64,000 nt of DNA from an uncultured Chloroflexia bacterium (GCA_963721765.1 CAVRJP010000001.1:78878-142877); one strand, 5' to 3'. Counted from the first letter of the stretch, positions 36,108 through 45,574 are shown. Made by a program: numbers and translations. The notes: generated by a model from the sequence alone, not told the origin.

Positions 36108-37016
36108 AGGACCTTGGCGAACTCGGGCTCGACCCGCTTGAACAGGACGACGCACAGGCCGAGGAAGGCGACGCTGCCGGCCAGCAGGAAGAGCAGGGCG
36201 ATGATGTCCGGCGGGTGGGTCGGCCCGATCCCGTCAGTGTTGCCGTAGATGACGGCGCGATACGACTCGAACAGCACCGCGAACGGGTTGAAGCCGGCGA
36301 GCGTGCCGATGATCGGGTTCTCCTCGACGAAATCGTGCTGCTCGCAGGTCGCTGAGGGCTGTAGAGCCCGGGCGACAGGAACCACCACAGCCGCAGCGCG
36401 TGGCCGATCGCGTTGCCGAGGTCGCGGAAGAAGACGTTCGCCGCGGAGACCAGGATCGCCGACGCGAGCGTGAACACGTACTGGACAGCGGCGATGACCG
36501 GGATCCAGATCAGCATCAGGCTGATCCGGTCTGCGGGTACACCAGGAGGAGCACCGCGAGCGGGACCATGCCCCACACGAATCCGACCACGCCGGCGGTC
36601 GTCGTCGACACGGGCAGAACGAGCTTCGGGAACGCGATCTGGCGAATCAGCCGATCGTGGCGGACGACCGACGAGGTGGCGTCGTTGATCACCGCCGAGA
36701 ACCACTTCCAGGGCAGGATCGCCACGAAGATGAACAGCGCGAAGTCCGGGTGGCCGCCACGGCCGATGATCGCGATGAAGATCGAGTACACGACCATCTG
36801 GAGCAGCGGGTCGAGGATCCACCACAGGTTGCCGAGGGCGGTGTCCGAGCCACGCTTCTTCACGTCCGCCTGGACGAGGTAGCGGATCAGCCGCCGGCGG
36901 GAAAGGATGTCGGTGATGCCCTGGCGCAGGAGGGTGAGCGTCGTGCCGCTGCCGGGCGCGTGCCGGATCGAGACGGCATCGCCCTGGGACATCCGCGGCA
37001 GGGTAGCACGAGGCAT
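36104..37016 (-). pseudogene. ABC-2-type exporter permease (TagG/Wzm-like) split over three reading frames
   Basis: N-terminal part is track ORF 36516..37016 (...LIRYLVQADVKKRGSDTALGNLWWILDPLLQMVVYSI...). Middle part lies in the frame of ORF 35935..36825 (RISLMLIWIPVIAAVQYVFTLASAILVSAANVFFRDLGNAIGHALRLWWFLSPGLYS). C-terminal part is track ORF 36104..36388 (...EENPIIGTLAGFNPFAVLFESYRAVIYG...LFLLAGSVAFLGLCVVLF). Together they give one typical ABC-2 permease of about 300 aa. Confidence 0.65.
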
Positions 37017-37021
37017 CCGGG

Positions 37022-39061
37022 CTACGGCCGGACGCGACCGTACGAGGAACGGATCGCGTCCTTCGTCTCCTGCGGCAGGCGACGGTACGCGGCGAGGGCG
37101 CGGGTTCGCACCGCGCGCAGGCCGGAGCGGACGAGCCAGGCGGCCCAGGCGCGAATGCGCCCCAGCGTCGAGACGCGACGCAGCCCGACGATGACGAACC
37201 GGCCGTCCGGCCGGACGTGGGCGACCCCGGCTGCGAGGCCGGCGGCGGGACCCGTCCCCAGGTGGACGCTCAGCTCGTAGCGGCCGGGCGGGATCGGGCC
37301 GTGTGCACGGACGTCGGCGACGCTGAGCGACAGGACCCCGAGGGCGCCGCGGAACACGGCCGGGAGCTCGAACTCACCCTCGCTCCCGGAGAGTTGGAGC
37401 GCCCCGTCCGCGAGCCAGCCGAGGCGATCGGTGGCCACCGGCAGCGCGATCGTGACGCTGGTGCCGTCGCGCACGACCTGGCGTGCGACGTCGTCGATGC
37501 TCGCGGGCAGGCGATTCGCGCCCCCGACGCCGAGGTGGAGCACCCCGTCGCCATCGATCCGGGAGACGACCCAGCGCAGCGGGCGGCCGACGAGGGCGGG
37601 CGGCAGCGGCGGACCGGAAGCGGGACGCGCCGCACGCGCGACCCGCAGGAGCCCCGAGGCCTGCATGCCCAGCCCGGACCAGCGGATGAGGACGTCCCAC
37701 GAGCCGTCGTCGAGTGGCCGCTCGCCCGGCCCGACGCGCTGCGGGTCGAGCTCGATGAGGCCGGCGAGGGCCGGCAGCCAGAGCCGCTTGCCGGGGTTGC
37801 CGACCGAGCGCAGCGCGAGGCCGGCGCCGCCGGGCACGATCCACTCGAGGGCCGTGTCACGATCGACGACCGAGACCTGGAGCCGGATCGCCGACAGCTC
37901 GTCGGCGACGTCGGCAGGCCCCGCCAGGTCGTCGGCGACGGACGGGTCGAGGAGCATCGCGCCGTCGCGCTCCAGCAGGGTGAGCGGATGCCCGTCGCGC
38001 GCCCGGGCCAGCATCGCCCGGAACTCGATCCCGAGGCGCCCGTTGGCCCACGATGCGTTCTCGATGTGCGCGTCCAGCGAGAACTCGCCGGCGCGCCGTC
38101 CGAGGTCGACCAGGGCGTCGAGCTTGCCGTCCAGCAGCAGGCGCGAGCGGATCCTCGAGATCGCGCCGAGCCCCTCGCGCACGTCCCGGTCGATGCGGGC
38201 GGATGCCAGGGCCCGGAGCGCGCCGAACAGCTCGGCACGGTACTCGGCGGGCGCGCCCAGGAACTCCTGGCCGGCGAGGCGAGCGAGCATCTCGGTGCGG
38301 TACAGGCGGGCGATCAGGCGGCGCCGCAGGTCCTCGTCGGCGACCCGGGCCTCGATCTCGTCGAGGATCACCTCGAGGTGCTCGACGTGCAGGCGGGGCT
38401 CGACGAGCTCGGCGCTGATGTGGCCCTCGTCCTCGCGCTTGTTGAAGAAGTAGCAGGGCTCGTCGCCGAGGATCGAGATCACGCTCGCGGCGAGGTATGC
38501 CCGGAGCGTAAAGAGCTGGTCCTCCATCTGCCGCCAGCCCTCGGGAAAGGCGATCTCGTGACCGCGCAGCAGGGCCGCCCGGAACAGCTTCGTGGGCCCG
38601 AGGCTCGCGTCGGCCAGCTGCGGCGTCTCGGCGAGCGTCGTCGCGGGCCGGTTGCGCTGGAACAGGTCCTGCCGGCGGCTCATGGTCTCGCTGGCGAACT
38701 TGCCGAGCACGATGTCGGAGCGGTTCGAGCGAGCCATCCGGAGCAGCCGCTCCAGCGCCCGTGGCGCGAGCTCGTCGTCGGCGTCGAGGAACTGGATGTA
38801 CTCGCCGCGGGCCGCCTCGAGGCCGACGTTGCGCGGCCGCCCCGGCGCTCCGGAAGCGGGGATGTGGATGACCCGGATGTGAGGCTGCTCCTGGGCGAGC
38901 CGGTTCAACCGCTCCGCGGTGCCGTCGGTCGAGCCGTCGTCGACGAACACGGCCTCGAACTGGTCGCGCGGCATCGACTGCCGGAGGATCGATCGGATGC
39001 ACGGCTCGATCGAGCGCCCCGGGTTGTGCGCGGGCACGACGACGCTGACGAGCTGGCGCAT
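37022..39061 (-). CDS. GT2 glycosyltransferase with long C-terminal extension (TarS/TarP-like architecture)
   Basis: ATG at 39061 within track ORF 37022..39190. Reads VSVVVPAHNPGRSIEPCIRSILRQS...FEAVFVDDGSTDGT...GRPRNVGLEAARGEYIQFLDADD, followed by about 450 aa with no recognisable motif. Confidence 0.8.
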   Translation of the reverse strand: MRQLVSVVVPAHNPGRSIEPCIRSILRQSMPRDQFEAVFVDDGSTDGTAERLNRLAQEQPHIRVIHIPASGAPGRPRNVGLEAARGEYIQFLDADDELAPRALERLLRMARSNRSDIVLGKFASETMSRRQDLFQRNRPATTLAETPQLADASLGPTKLFRAALLRGHEIAFPEGWRQMEDQLFTLRAYLAASVISILGDEPCYFFNKREDEGHISAELVEPRLHVEHLEVILDEIEARVADEDLRRRLIARLYRTEMLARLAGQEFLGAPAEYRAELFGALRALASARIDRDVREGLGAISRIRSRLLLDGKLDALVDLGRRAGEFSLDAHIENASWANGRLGIEFRAMLARARDGHPLTLLERDGAMLLDPSVADDLAGPADVADELSAIRLQVSVVDRDTALEWIVPGGAGLALRSVGNPGKRLWLPALAGLIELDPQRVGPGERPLDDGSWDVLIRWSGLGMQASGLLRVARAARPASGPPLPPALVGRPLRWVVSRIDGDGVLHLGVGGANRLPASIDDVARQVVRDGTSVTIALPVATDRLGWLADGALQLSGSEGEFELPAVFRGALGVLSLSVADVRAHGPIPPGRYELSVHLGTGPAAGLAAGVAHVRPDGRFVIVGLRRVSTLGRIRAWAAWLVRSGLRAVRTRALAAYRRLPQETKDAIRSSYGRVRP

Positions 39062-39063
39062 CG

Positions 39064-41733
39064 CTAGCGGCCGGCTGCCGCTACCGCAGCGGGAGACGCA
39101 ACGAGAGCGGGCGCGGGAGCGGAAGTGAGCGCGACCGGCGGCATCCACGGCCGGCTGAGCTCCTCCACCGCCGCGACGACCCGCGCGCATGCCCCGCCAT
39201 CGCGCACGGGGAACGCGGTGTCGATCCGCGCCTGGTACTCGGAGGCCGGGTGCGCGCCGCGCTCGATTGACTCGACGATCGCTCGCTCAGCGGTCTCGAG
39301 GTCGTCCGCGACAGGCCCGAACCCATCGCGCTCGTACTCGAAGTAGCCCCTCCGGCCGACGTGGGCGCCGCCGAGCATGGCCGCCCGATCGAACTGGAAG
39401 TAGACGACGGGCCGGTCGATGTAGGCGACGTTGAACGCGACCGACGAGTAGTCGGTCACGAGCAGGCCGCACTGCCCGTACAGCGCCTGCACGTCGACGC
39501 CGGCGAACGAGAGCGGCTCGACGTGCACCGGGAGGTCCAGCTCGGCGAGCATCGGCTGGAGGTTCGGGTGGGGCATGAACCCGACGCGCCAGCCGCGGGC
39601 GGCGACGGCGTCCGCGATGCGCGGCGAGCGGAGGAGGGCGGTCCAGCTCCGGATGTACTCGGATTCCCAGAACGCCGCGTCGAGCGATCGCCGCTGCGAG
39701 CCCGAGGTGAGCGGCAGGGTCAGCCAGCTCCGCCACGTCGGCGCGACGATCACGAGGTTGCGCTCGTCGGGCGGCACCGCCGCGCCCTTGGCGAGCAGCC
39801 GGTCGAACCGGGGCAGGCCGGTGAGCCGCGTCTCCTTCGCGGTCCAACGATAGGCCGTGCCGTCGCCCGCCACCGACGCCAGCTCCGCAGCGGTGCTGAC
39901 GGTGAACAGCTCGACCTCGCGGGCGTTGAGCCAGCGCGACAGGTCGTCCTTGGTCACGCCGTGCTGGGCGAACGCGAACCGCCACTTCGGCCGCGGCTGG
40001 ACGCGCATGAGCCGGGGCGGCCGGGCGATGGGCAGGTCGATGTGCGACGAGATGAGCCAGGCGCAGTTCAGCATCAGCATCGACCACGTCCACGACCCGT
40101 GGGCGACGAGGCGCCGCTCGCCCGTCGCGGCCAGCCGCCGCCAGTCCGGCGTGCCCCGCTCGAGCACGAACCACGCGTTGACGTCGGGGCGGTTGGCGCG
40201 GAGGTACTCGAACAGCCGCTCGCCGTTGTCGTCGGCATCGTGGATCCGGTCCATGAGCACCCAGGCGTCGCGGAATCGCGCGGCATACGGCCGGCTTCGT
40301 GCCGCGAAACGCATCGGCGCCGCGATGACGCTCCCGGCCAGCGCGTCGAGGCCCTTGGCGATCCCGGCCGCGAGCCGCCGTGGCGGCCGGCGCACCAGGC
40401 CCCACAGTCGGTCCGTGATCCGGTCCACCCGTCGCTCCCCGCGAGCCCTCGGCACCGGCCAGCTGCGGGCGACCGGCGTCGCCGCGCCGTCCAGCGCGAC
40501 GTCGAGGTCGCGGACGTCCGGGAGCCACAGGATCCGCTCCCAGAGCAGGTCCCGCCCGAAGTAGCGGTGGGCCATCGTCTTCTCGAAGGCCGGGCTGACC
40601 GGCCGCCCGCCGGCGCGGAACATCTCGCGCGGCTGGGGTCCGACGAACCGGTAGTGGTACCTGCGAAGCCGCATCACCCGATCGCGCCGGGAGCGCACGA
40701 TCACCGGCGTGTGCCAGGGCTCGTCGCGTCCCGCGTGGGCGAGGATGTCCAGCCAGGCGGGCTGGAGCGCGCGGCCGCGATGCTGGGCGACCACCGCCGG
40801 ATCGAGCTGCCCGAGGATCCGGTCGAAGAGCTCGTGGAACCGCGCACCGACATCCGGATCGAGGACGATCGAGGTGCTGATCTTGTCGTCCTCGGACAGG
40901 TACCACGACAGGTCGTACACGACCACGTGCTGGACCCACGCCGGGATCGTCCCGTCCTCGGCTCGAGCACGCGCCAGGACGTCGAGGTAGCCCAGCTCGA
41001 GCACGTCGGCGTAACGGCCGGGCTGGCGCATGCTGCCCTGGAGGGACGAGGTGCCGGACGCGCGCTTGCGGTACACGTAGACCGCGTCGCGGAGCAGGCC
41101 GACCACGGGCTCCGGCAGGGCCAGCAGGTACCGCACCGCGAAGTGCGCGTCCTCGAAGTTCGGCCGGATGGACGGGTCGAAGCGCAGGCCCGCCGCCTCG
41201 ATCCGATCCCGCCGGAAGAAGCTGCCCGACGACACGCCGAGGAAGACGCTCGGCTCGTCGCGCAGGTCGGCGCGGCGGTCGCCGTGGACGTACTGCCAGC
41301 GCCGCGGGTGGGCCCGGCTGCGGACCCCGGTCGCCTCGTGGAACAGGACGGGCATCGCGCTCAGCACGTGGACGTCCGGGTTGGCCGCGGCGAAGCGGTC
41401 CGCGGCGCGGAGGTAGTCGCGATCGAGCAGGTCGTCGGGGTCGGGGAACGTGACCCACTCGCCCGTCGCATTGTCGAGCCCCAGGTTGCGCGCCGTCGCC
41501 TGCCCGCCGTTCGGCTTGGTGTACACGTGGACGCGCCCGCCGCTGCGCTTCGCCCACGCGAGCAGGAGGTCGAGCGAGCCGTCGGTGGAGCCGTCGTCGA
41601 CCGCGATGACCTCGACGTCGGCCGGGTCAACCCGCAGGCGCTCGATCGAGGCGATGAACGCCGGCAGGTAGGGCTCGACGTCGTAGACCGCCGTGACGAT
41701 CGAGAATCGGGGGCGCCGAGCCGGGCCGGTCAT
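39064..41733 (-). CDS. Bifunctional GT2 glycosyltransferase / CDP-alditol:poly(alditol-phosphate) phosphotransferase (TagF-like, Glyphos_transf)
   Basis: ATG at 41733 (ATGA overlap) within track ORF 39064..42921. GT2 part: FSIVTAVYDVEPYLPAFIASI......EVIAVDDGSTDGS. TagF-like part: NLVIVAPTWRSW...GFMPHPNLQP...LLVTDYSSVAFNVAYIDRPVVYFQFD. Confidence 0.85.
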   Translation of the reverse strand: MTGPARRPRFSIVTAVYDVEPYLPAFIASIERLRVDPADVEVIAVDDGSTDGSLDLLLAWAKRSGGRVHVYTKPNGGQATARNLGLDNATGEWVTFPDPDDLLDRDYLRAADRFAAANPDVHVLSAMPVLFHEATGVRSRAHPRRWQYVHGDRRADLRDEPSVFLGVSSGSFFRRDRIEAAGLRFDPSIRPNFEDAHFAVRYLLALPEPVVGLLRDAVYVYRKRASGTSSLQGSMRQPGRYADVLELGYLDVLARARAEDGTIPAWVQHVVVYDLSWYLSEDDKISTSIVLDPDVGARFHELFDRILGQLDPAVVAQHRGRALQPAWLDILAHAGRDEPWHTPVIVRSRRDRVMRLRRYHYRFVGPQPREMFRAGGRPVSPAFEKTMAHRYFGRDLLWERILWLPDVRDLDVALDGAATPVARSWPVPRARGERRVDRITDRLWGLVRRPPRRLAAGIAKGLDALAGSVIAAPMRFAARSRPYAARFRDAWVLMDRIHDADDNGERLFEYLRANRPDVNAWFVLERGTPDWRRLAATGERRLVAHGSWTWSMLMLNCAWLISSHIDLPIARPPRLMRVQPRPKWRFAFAQHGVTKDDLSRWLNAREVELFTVSTAAELASVAGDGTAYRWTAKETRLTGLPRFDRLLAKGAAVPPDERNLVIVAPTWRSWLTLPLTSGSQRRSLDAAFWESEYIRSWTALLRSPRIADAVAARGWRVGFMPHPNLQPMLAELDLPVHVEPLSFAGVDVQALYGQCGLLVTDYSSVAFNVAYIDRPVVYFQFDRAAMLGGAHVGRRGYFEYERDGFGPVADDLETAERAIVESIERGAHPASEYQARIDTAFPVRDGGACARVVAAVEELSRPWMPPVALTSAPAPALVASPAAVAAAGR

Positions 41734-42962
41734 TGCGGCAGGTCCACCTCGATGGAGCCGCCCTGCCCGGTCAGCCGGCGCCGGGCGCCGTTGGTCACGC
41801 GTGCCGCCATCAGCAGGGCGGCCGCCAGGCCCCGGCCCGGACCGTCGGGCCCGCGGGCGGCGAGCTCGAGTGCCGCACGCGCGGCGGGCCCGCTGCCGCG
41901 GCGCACGAGGCCGGGATCGGTCCGCAGAGCCCCATCGAACAGGCGCCAGTACGCCGCGCGACCCGCGGGACGGACGCGATGCCAGCGCCGGAGTGGCGGC
42001 TCGAGGATGCTCCGGGCCACCGCGTCCGAGGCCCGGACGTGGTGCTCGGGCACGCTCGCGAGCAGCTGCCCGATCGCGTCGAACAGGCGCCCGATCTGGG
42101 GGTCGCCGCGGTCCAGTGCGTGGGTGACGTGGGCCGCCAGGTCGGAGCGAACGAGGCGCTCGGCATAGCGCGCGACCACGCGCTCGCGATCCTCGTCGGA
42201 GAGCCGGATCGTCGCCTCGTCCCGGACGCTCGCGAGCGCGCCCACCGCGACGCCGATCGCCTCGACGCCCCGATCGGTCGACGAGCGGGTCGTGCGCGTG
42301 ATCGACGTGCTCGGCACGGAGGATGCGGGCCGGTACCACTCGTAGACCGTGTCGCCGAGGACGTCGATCCGATCGCCCGCCCTGATCAGCGCCCGGATGA
42401 TCCACGGCTGGTCGCCCAGGACGCGGCCGCTGAACTGGAGGCCCTGCCAGCACTCCCGATGCACCAGCTTTGCGTGGGGTGAGACGTAGTTGAGGAGGCC
42501 CGGGTTCGCGGCCAGCGACTTCCGGCCGGGCTGGCGGATGTCGTCGACGTTGTACCGGGGCGCGAGCCAGCGGCGCCGGCCGTCGAACCAGACCTGCTGG
42601 CCGATGATTGCCACGGCGTCGGAGGCGAGCGCCGCCGAGATGAGCGTGGCGAGCCCGCCCGGCAGGAACCGGTCGTCCGCGTCGACGAGCGTCAGCCACT
42701 CTCCGCGGACGGTCTCGAGCCCTCGGTTGCGCGCCTCGGAGACGCCCTCGTTGTCGGGCATGGAGATCAGGTTCACCCGCGCGTCCCGGGCCGCGACGGC
42801 CCGCACGACCGCGACGGTGCCGTCCGTCGAGCCGTCGTCGACGACGATGCACTCCAGCGGGACCGACCGTGCCTCGAGGACGGATTCGAGCGCCCGCTCG
42901 ATCGAGCCCTCCGCGTTCCACGTGGGGATGAGGACCGAGACGACCGGGTTGGCGTCGGTCAT
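41730..42962 (-). CDS. GT2 glycosyltransferase
   Basis: 410 aa. Reads VSVLIPTWNAEGSIERALESVL......ECIVVDDGSTDGT...NEGVSEARNRGLE...GEWLTLVDADD. Confidence 0.8.
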   Translation of the reverse strand: MTDANPVVSVLIPTWNAEGSIERALESVLEARSVPLECIVVDDGSTDGTVAVVRAVAARDARVNLISMPDNEGVSEARNRGLETVRGEWLTLVDADDRFLPGGLATLISAALASDAVAIIGQQVWFDGRRRWLAPRYNVDDIRQPGRKSLAANPGLLNYVSPHAKLVHRECWQGLQFSGRVLGDQPWIIRALIRAGDRIDVLGDTVYEWYRPASSVPSTSITRTTRSSTDRGVEAIGVAVGALASVRDEATIRLSDEDRERVVARYAERLVRSDLAAHVTHALDRGDPQIGRLFDAIGQLLASVPEHHVRASDAVARSILEPPLRRWHRVRPAGRAAYWRLFDGALRTDPGLVRRGSGPAARAALELAARGPDGPGRGLAAALLMAARVTNGARRRLTGQGGSIEVDLPQ

Positions 42963-42963
42963 G

Positions 42964-44088
42964 TCAGGCCGGCAGGAAGCGCTCGACGAAGCGCCGGCTC
43001 GCGGCTCCGTCGGATGCGCCGAGGTGGCGTTCGATGAACGCCTCGTAGGGCTGGAGGTCGAATCGGTCTTCGCGGATCGCCTCGATGACGCCGTCCGTGT
43101 CGGTCACCTGCGTGCCGATCACGTCCGCCCGGTAGTCGAGGTACAGGCCCGGGTCCCGCTCATACGCGGCGAGGTCGTCGACGAGCAGGACCAGCCGCCG
43201 CCGCAGCAGCGCGACGTCGAAGATCGAGGACGAGTAGTCCGTGATCACCACGTCGCACGCGGTGAGGAGCTCGTTGAGGTCGACCCGTGGGTCGATGACG
43301 ACGTCGAAGCCGCCCGTCGGGACGAGCCGGCGATCGAGGTTCGGGTGGCTCTTGAGGATCAGCGCGTCGGAGTCGGGGAGTGCCGCGCGGAGCCGCGCGA
43401 TGTCGATGCCCGGACCCGGGTGCTTGGCCCTGCCGCGGCCGCGGAAGGTCGGGGCGTACAGGATCACCCGGCGGCCGGCGAGCCCCGGGTGCGCGGCGAG
43501 GATGCGGGCGCGCGCCTCGCCCATCGCCGCCTCGTCGTGCAGGAAGTCGGTGCGCGGCGAGCCGAGCGCGAGCACCCGGTCGAGCGGCGTGCGCAGCGCC
43601 CGTGACCAGGCCGGCCGCGAGGCCTCGCCCGACGTCACAACCCAGTCGTAGTGCCGGTGCAGGAACGATCGCTCCGGCTCGTCGGGCGGCCGGACGGCAT
43701 CCATCCCGAACCGCTTCAGCGCCCCCTCCGCGTGCCAGACCTGCACGACCTCGGTCCTCGACGGGTGGGGCGCCACGTGGATCGGGAGCCAGGCGTTGTC
43801 GACGATGACGATGCGCGACGTCCCGAGCAGATACGTCCCGCGCAGGAGGCGCAGCGCATACGCGAGCTTGCCCCGGAGCCCGTAGCTGTACGGCTCGAGC
43901 ACCAGCGCGCATTCGAGCGCCGGCCGGAGGTCCCGAATCGCCCGATGGAGGTACAGCAGGTTCCCGTCCAGCACGGCCTTGCGCGCGGTCGCGAGGACCA
44001 CGCGATCGGCGTGGAACGGCAGGCGGGCGACGAGCCAGCCGACGACCCGGAGCGCCAGCGCCGCGAGCCGGTACTCGAGACGGGTCAC
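42964..44088 (-). CDS. CDP-glycerol/CDP-ribitol phosphotransferase family protein (TagB/TagF-like)
   Basis: 374 aa. Reads VQVWHAEGALKRFG...RRVILYAPTFRGRG...LILKSHPNL...DVVITDYSSSIFDVALLRRRLVLLVDD. Confidence 0.85.
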   Translation of the reverse strand: MTRLEYRLAALALRVVGWLVARLPFHADRVVLATARKAVLDGNLLYLHRAIRDLRPALECALVLEPYSYGLRGKLAYALRLLRGTYLLGTSRIVIVDNAWLPIHVAPHPSRTEVVQVWHAEGALKRFGMDAVRPPDEPERSFLHRHYDWVVTSGEASRPAWSRALRTPLDRVLALGSPRTDFLHDEAAMGEARARILAAHPGLAGRRVILYAPTFRGRGRAKHPGPGIDIARLRAALPDSDALILKSHPNLDRRLVPTGGFDVVIDPRVDLNELLTACDVVITDYSSSIFDVALLRRRLVLLVDDLAAYERDPGLYLDYRADVIGTQVTDTDGVIEAIREDRFDLQPYEAFIERHLGASDGAASRRFVERFLPA

Positions 44089-44119
44089 GGCCTTGGCTCG
44101 GGGGCGATCCGGCGCGCCC

Positions 44120-45574
44120 TCATCCCGCCGCGCGCGGCGACGTCGGCCGGCCCTCGGCCCGCGAGCGCGCTTCGGCCGGCGAGCGCGCTTCGGCCGGCGA
44201 GCGCCCCACGCTGTCGTGGCGGCGCACGTCCAGCACCTGGCCGGTCAGGTCCGAGCGGAGCAGCTGGAGCGTCGCCGTCGCGACCTCGTCGACGTCGAGC
44301 AGGCCGATGCGGGATTCATCGGGGAATGCCGCGCGACGCATCGGCGTGTCGGTGCGCTCGGGGCTCACCGCGTTCACCCGGATCCTGTCCCCCGCCCATT
44401 CCTCGGCGAGTCCCTGCGCGAGGTTCACCACCGCGGCTTTGCTGGCCGAGTAGGCGACGTAGTTCGGCCGGCCGAGGGTGAACGAGCTCGACGCGAAGAG
44501 CGTGAGCGAGCCGCCGCTCTCGCGGAGCGCGGCGTGCGACGCCCGGGCCACGTTGAGGCTCCCGTTCACGTTGACGTCGATGATCTCGGCGAGCTCGGCC
44601 GGGCTGAGGTCGATCGCGCGCCCCGTCCGCAGGACCCCGGCGGTGCAGACCACGTGGTCGATCCCGCCGAGCCGCTCGGTCGCCGCCGCGACGTGTGCCT
44701 CGACCGACGCGTAGTCGCGGATGTCGAGCCCCGTCCGCCGGCTGTCGACGACGACCGAGGCCGCCAATTCGAGGGCATGCCGGGCGATCGCGGCGCCGAT
44801 GCCCTCGGTCCCACCGACGAGGTACAGGCGAGCGCCCTCGAGCGTGCGGCTCGGCTGCGGCGCGCCCAGATTCGGGAGCGTGCGCATCTGGATCATGCGA
44901 TCCGCGAGGACCATGTCCGTCCGCGTCGTGATCTTGAGGTTCACCTCGTCGCCGGCGACCGCGACGAGCCGGGCGTCGGGCACGTAGCGGAGGACCAGGC
45001 TGCAGTCGTCCGTCGCGCTGAGGTCGCCCGCGGCCGTGGCCGCCTCGTAGGCGCGCCGGAGCACCGAGGCCCGGAACGTCTGGGGCGTCTGGCCGCGCCG
45101 GAAGCGCGACCGATCGGGGATCTCGACGACGGTCTCGCCCTCGACGACCACGAGCGTGTCGGCGCTCGGGATCACCGTGTCCGTCGCGTCGGCGCGACCC
45201 GACAGGATGGGCTCGATCGAGCGCAGCACCGCCTCGGGGGGCACGAGCGGCCGGACCGCGTCGTGGATCACGATGATGTCGTCGTCGTCGGCGTCGAGGG
45301 CCGCGAGGCCGTTGCGCGTGCTCTCGTTGCGGGTCACGCCCCCGGCGACGACCTGGATCGGCAGTGGGAGTCGCGCCTCGTCGACGAGCTCGGTCGTCTC
45401 GCGCAGCCAGCTCGGGTGGGTGACGACGGTCAGCCGGTCAACGCCTGCCGCGACGAGCACCCGGATGCTCCGGAGCATGATGGGCTCGCCGGCGAGGCGG
45501 ACGAACTGCTTGGGCATCTCCGCGCCGAAGCGGTCGCCGGACCCGCCGGCGAGCACGAGCGCGTGGATTCGCAT
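44120..45574 (-). CDS. Bifunctional IspD/TarI-like cytidylyltransferase plus SDR reductase (Bcs1/TarIJ-like CDP-ribitol synthase)
   Basis: ATG at 45574 within track ORF 44120..45598. N-terminal part: HALVLAGGSGDRFGAEMPKQFVRLAGEPIMLRSI...VIHDAVRP. C-terminal part: LYLVGGTEGIGAAIA...YSASKAAVVNLAQGLAEEW...RVNAVSPERTDTPM. Confidence 0.8.
   Translation of the reverse strand: MRIHALVLAGGSGDRFGAEMPKQFVRLAGEPIMLRSIRVLVAAGVDRLTVVTHPSWLRETTELVDEARLPLPIQVVAGGVTRNESTRNGLAALDADDDDIIVIHDAVRPLVPPEAVLRSIEPILSGRADATDTVIPSADTLVVVEGETVVEIPDRSRFRRGQTPQTFRASVLRRAYEAATAAGDLSATDDCSLVLRYVPDARLVAVAGDEVNLKITTRTDMVLADRMIQMRTLPNLGAPQPSRTLEGARLYLVGGTEGIGAAIARHALELAASVVVDSRRTGLDIRDYASVEAHVAAATERLGGIDHVVCTAGVLRTGRAIDLSPAELAEIIDVNVNGSLNVARASHAALRESGGSLTLFASSSFTLGRPNYVAYSASKAAVVNLAQGLAEEWAGDRIRVNAVSPERTDTPMRRAAFPDESRIGLLDVDEVATATLQLLRSDLTGQVLDVRRHDSVGRSPAEARSPAEARSRAEGRPTSPRAAG
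44161..44204. repeat. 18-bp tandem repeat GCGAGCGCGCTTCGGCCG x2 plus a partial third copy, inside the 3' end of the CDP-ribitol synthase gene
   Basis: Read directly from the sequence. It encodes the C-terminal SPAEAR-SPAEAR-SRAEGR tail on the minus strand. Confidence 0.85.

Noticed and set aside
41734-42921. Upstream 1.2 kb of the 1285-aa ORF 39064..42921
   Set aside because: This part is out of frame with, and fully overlapped by, the well-supported GT2 gene 41730-42962. Its peptide is Arg/Gly/Pro-rich. The real start is the ATG at 41733, with an ATGA overlap.
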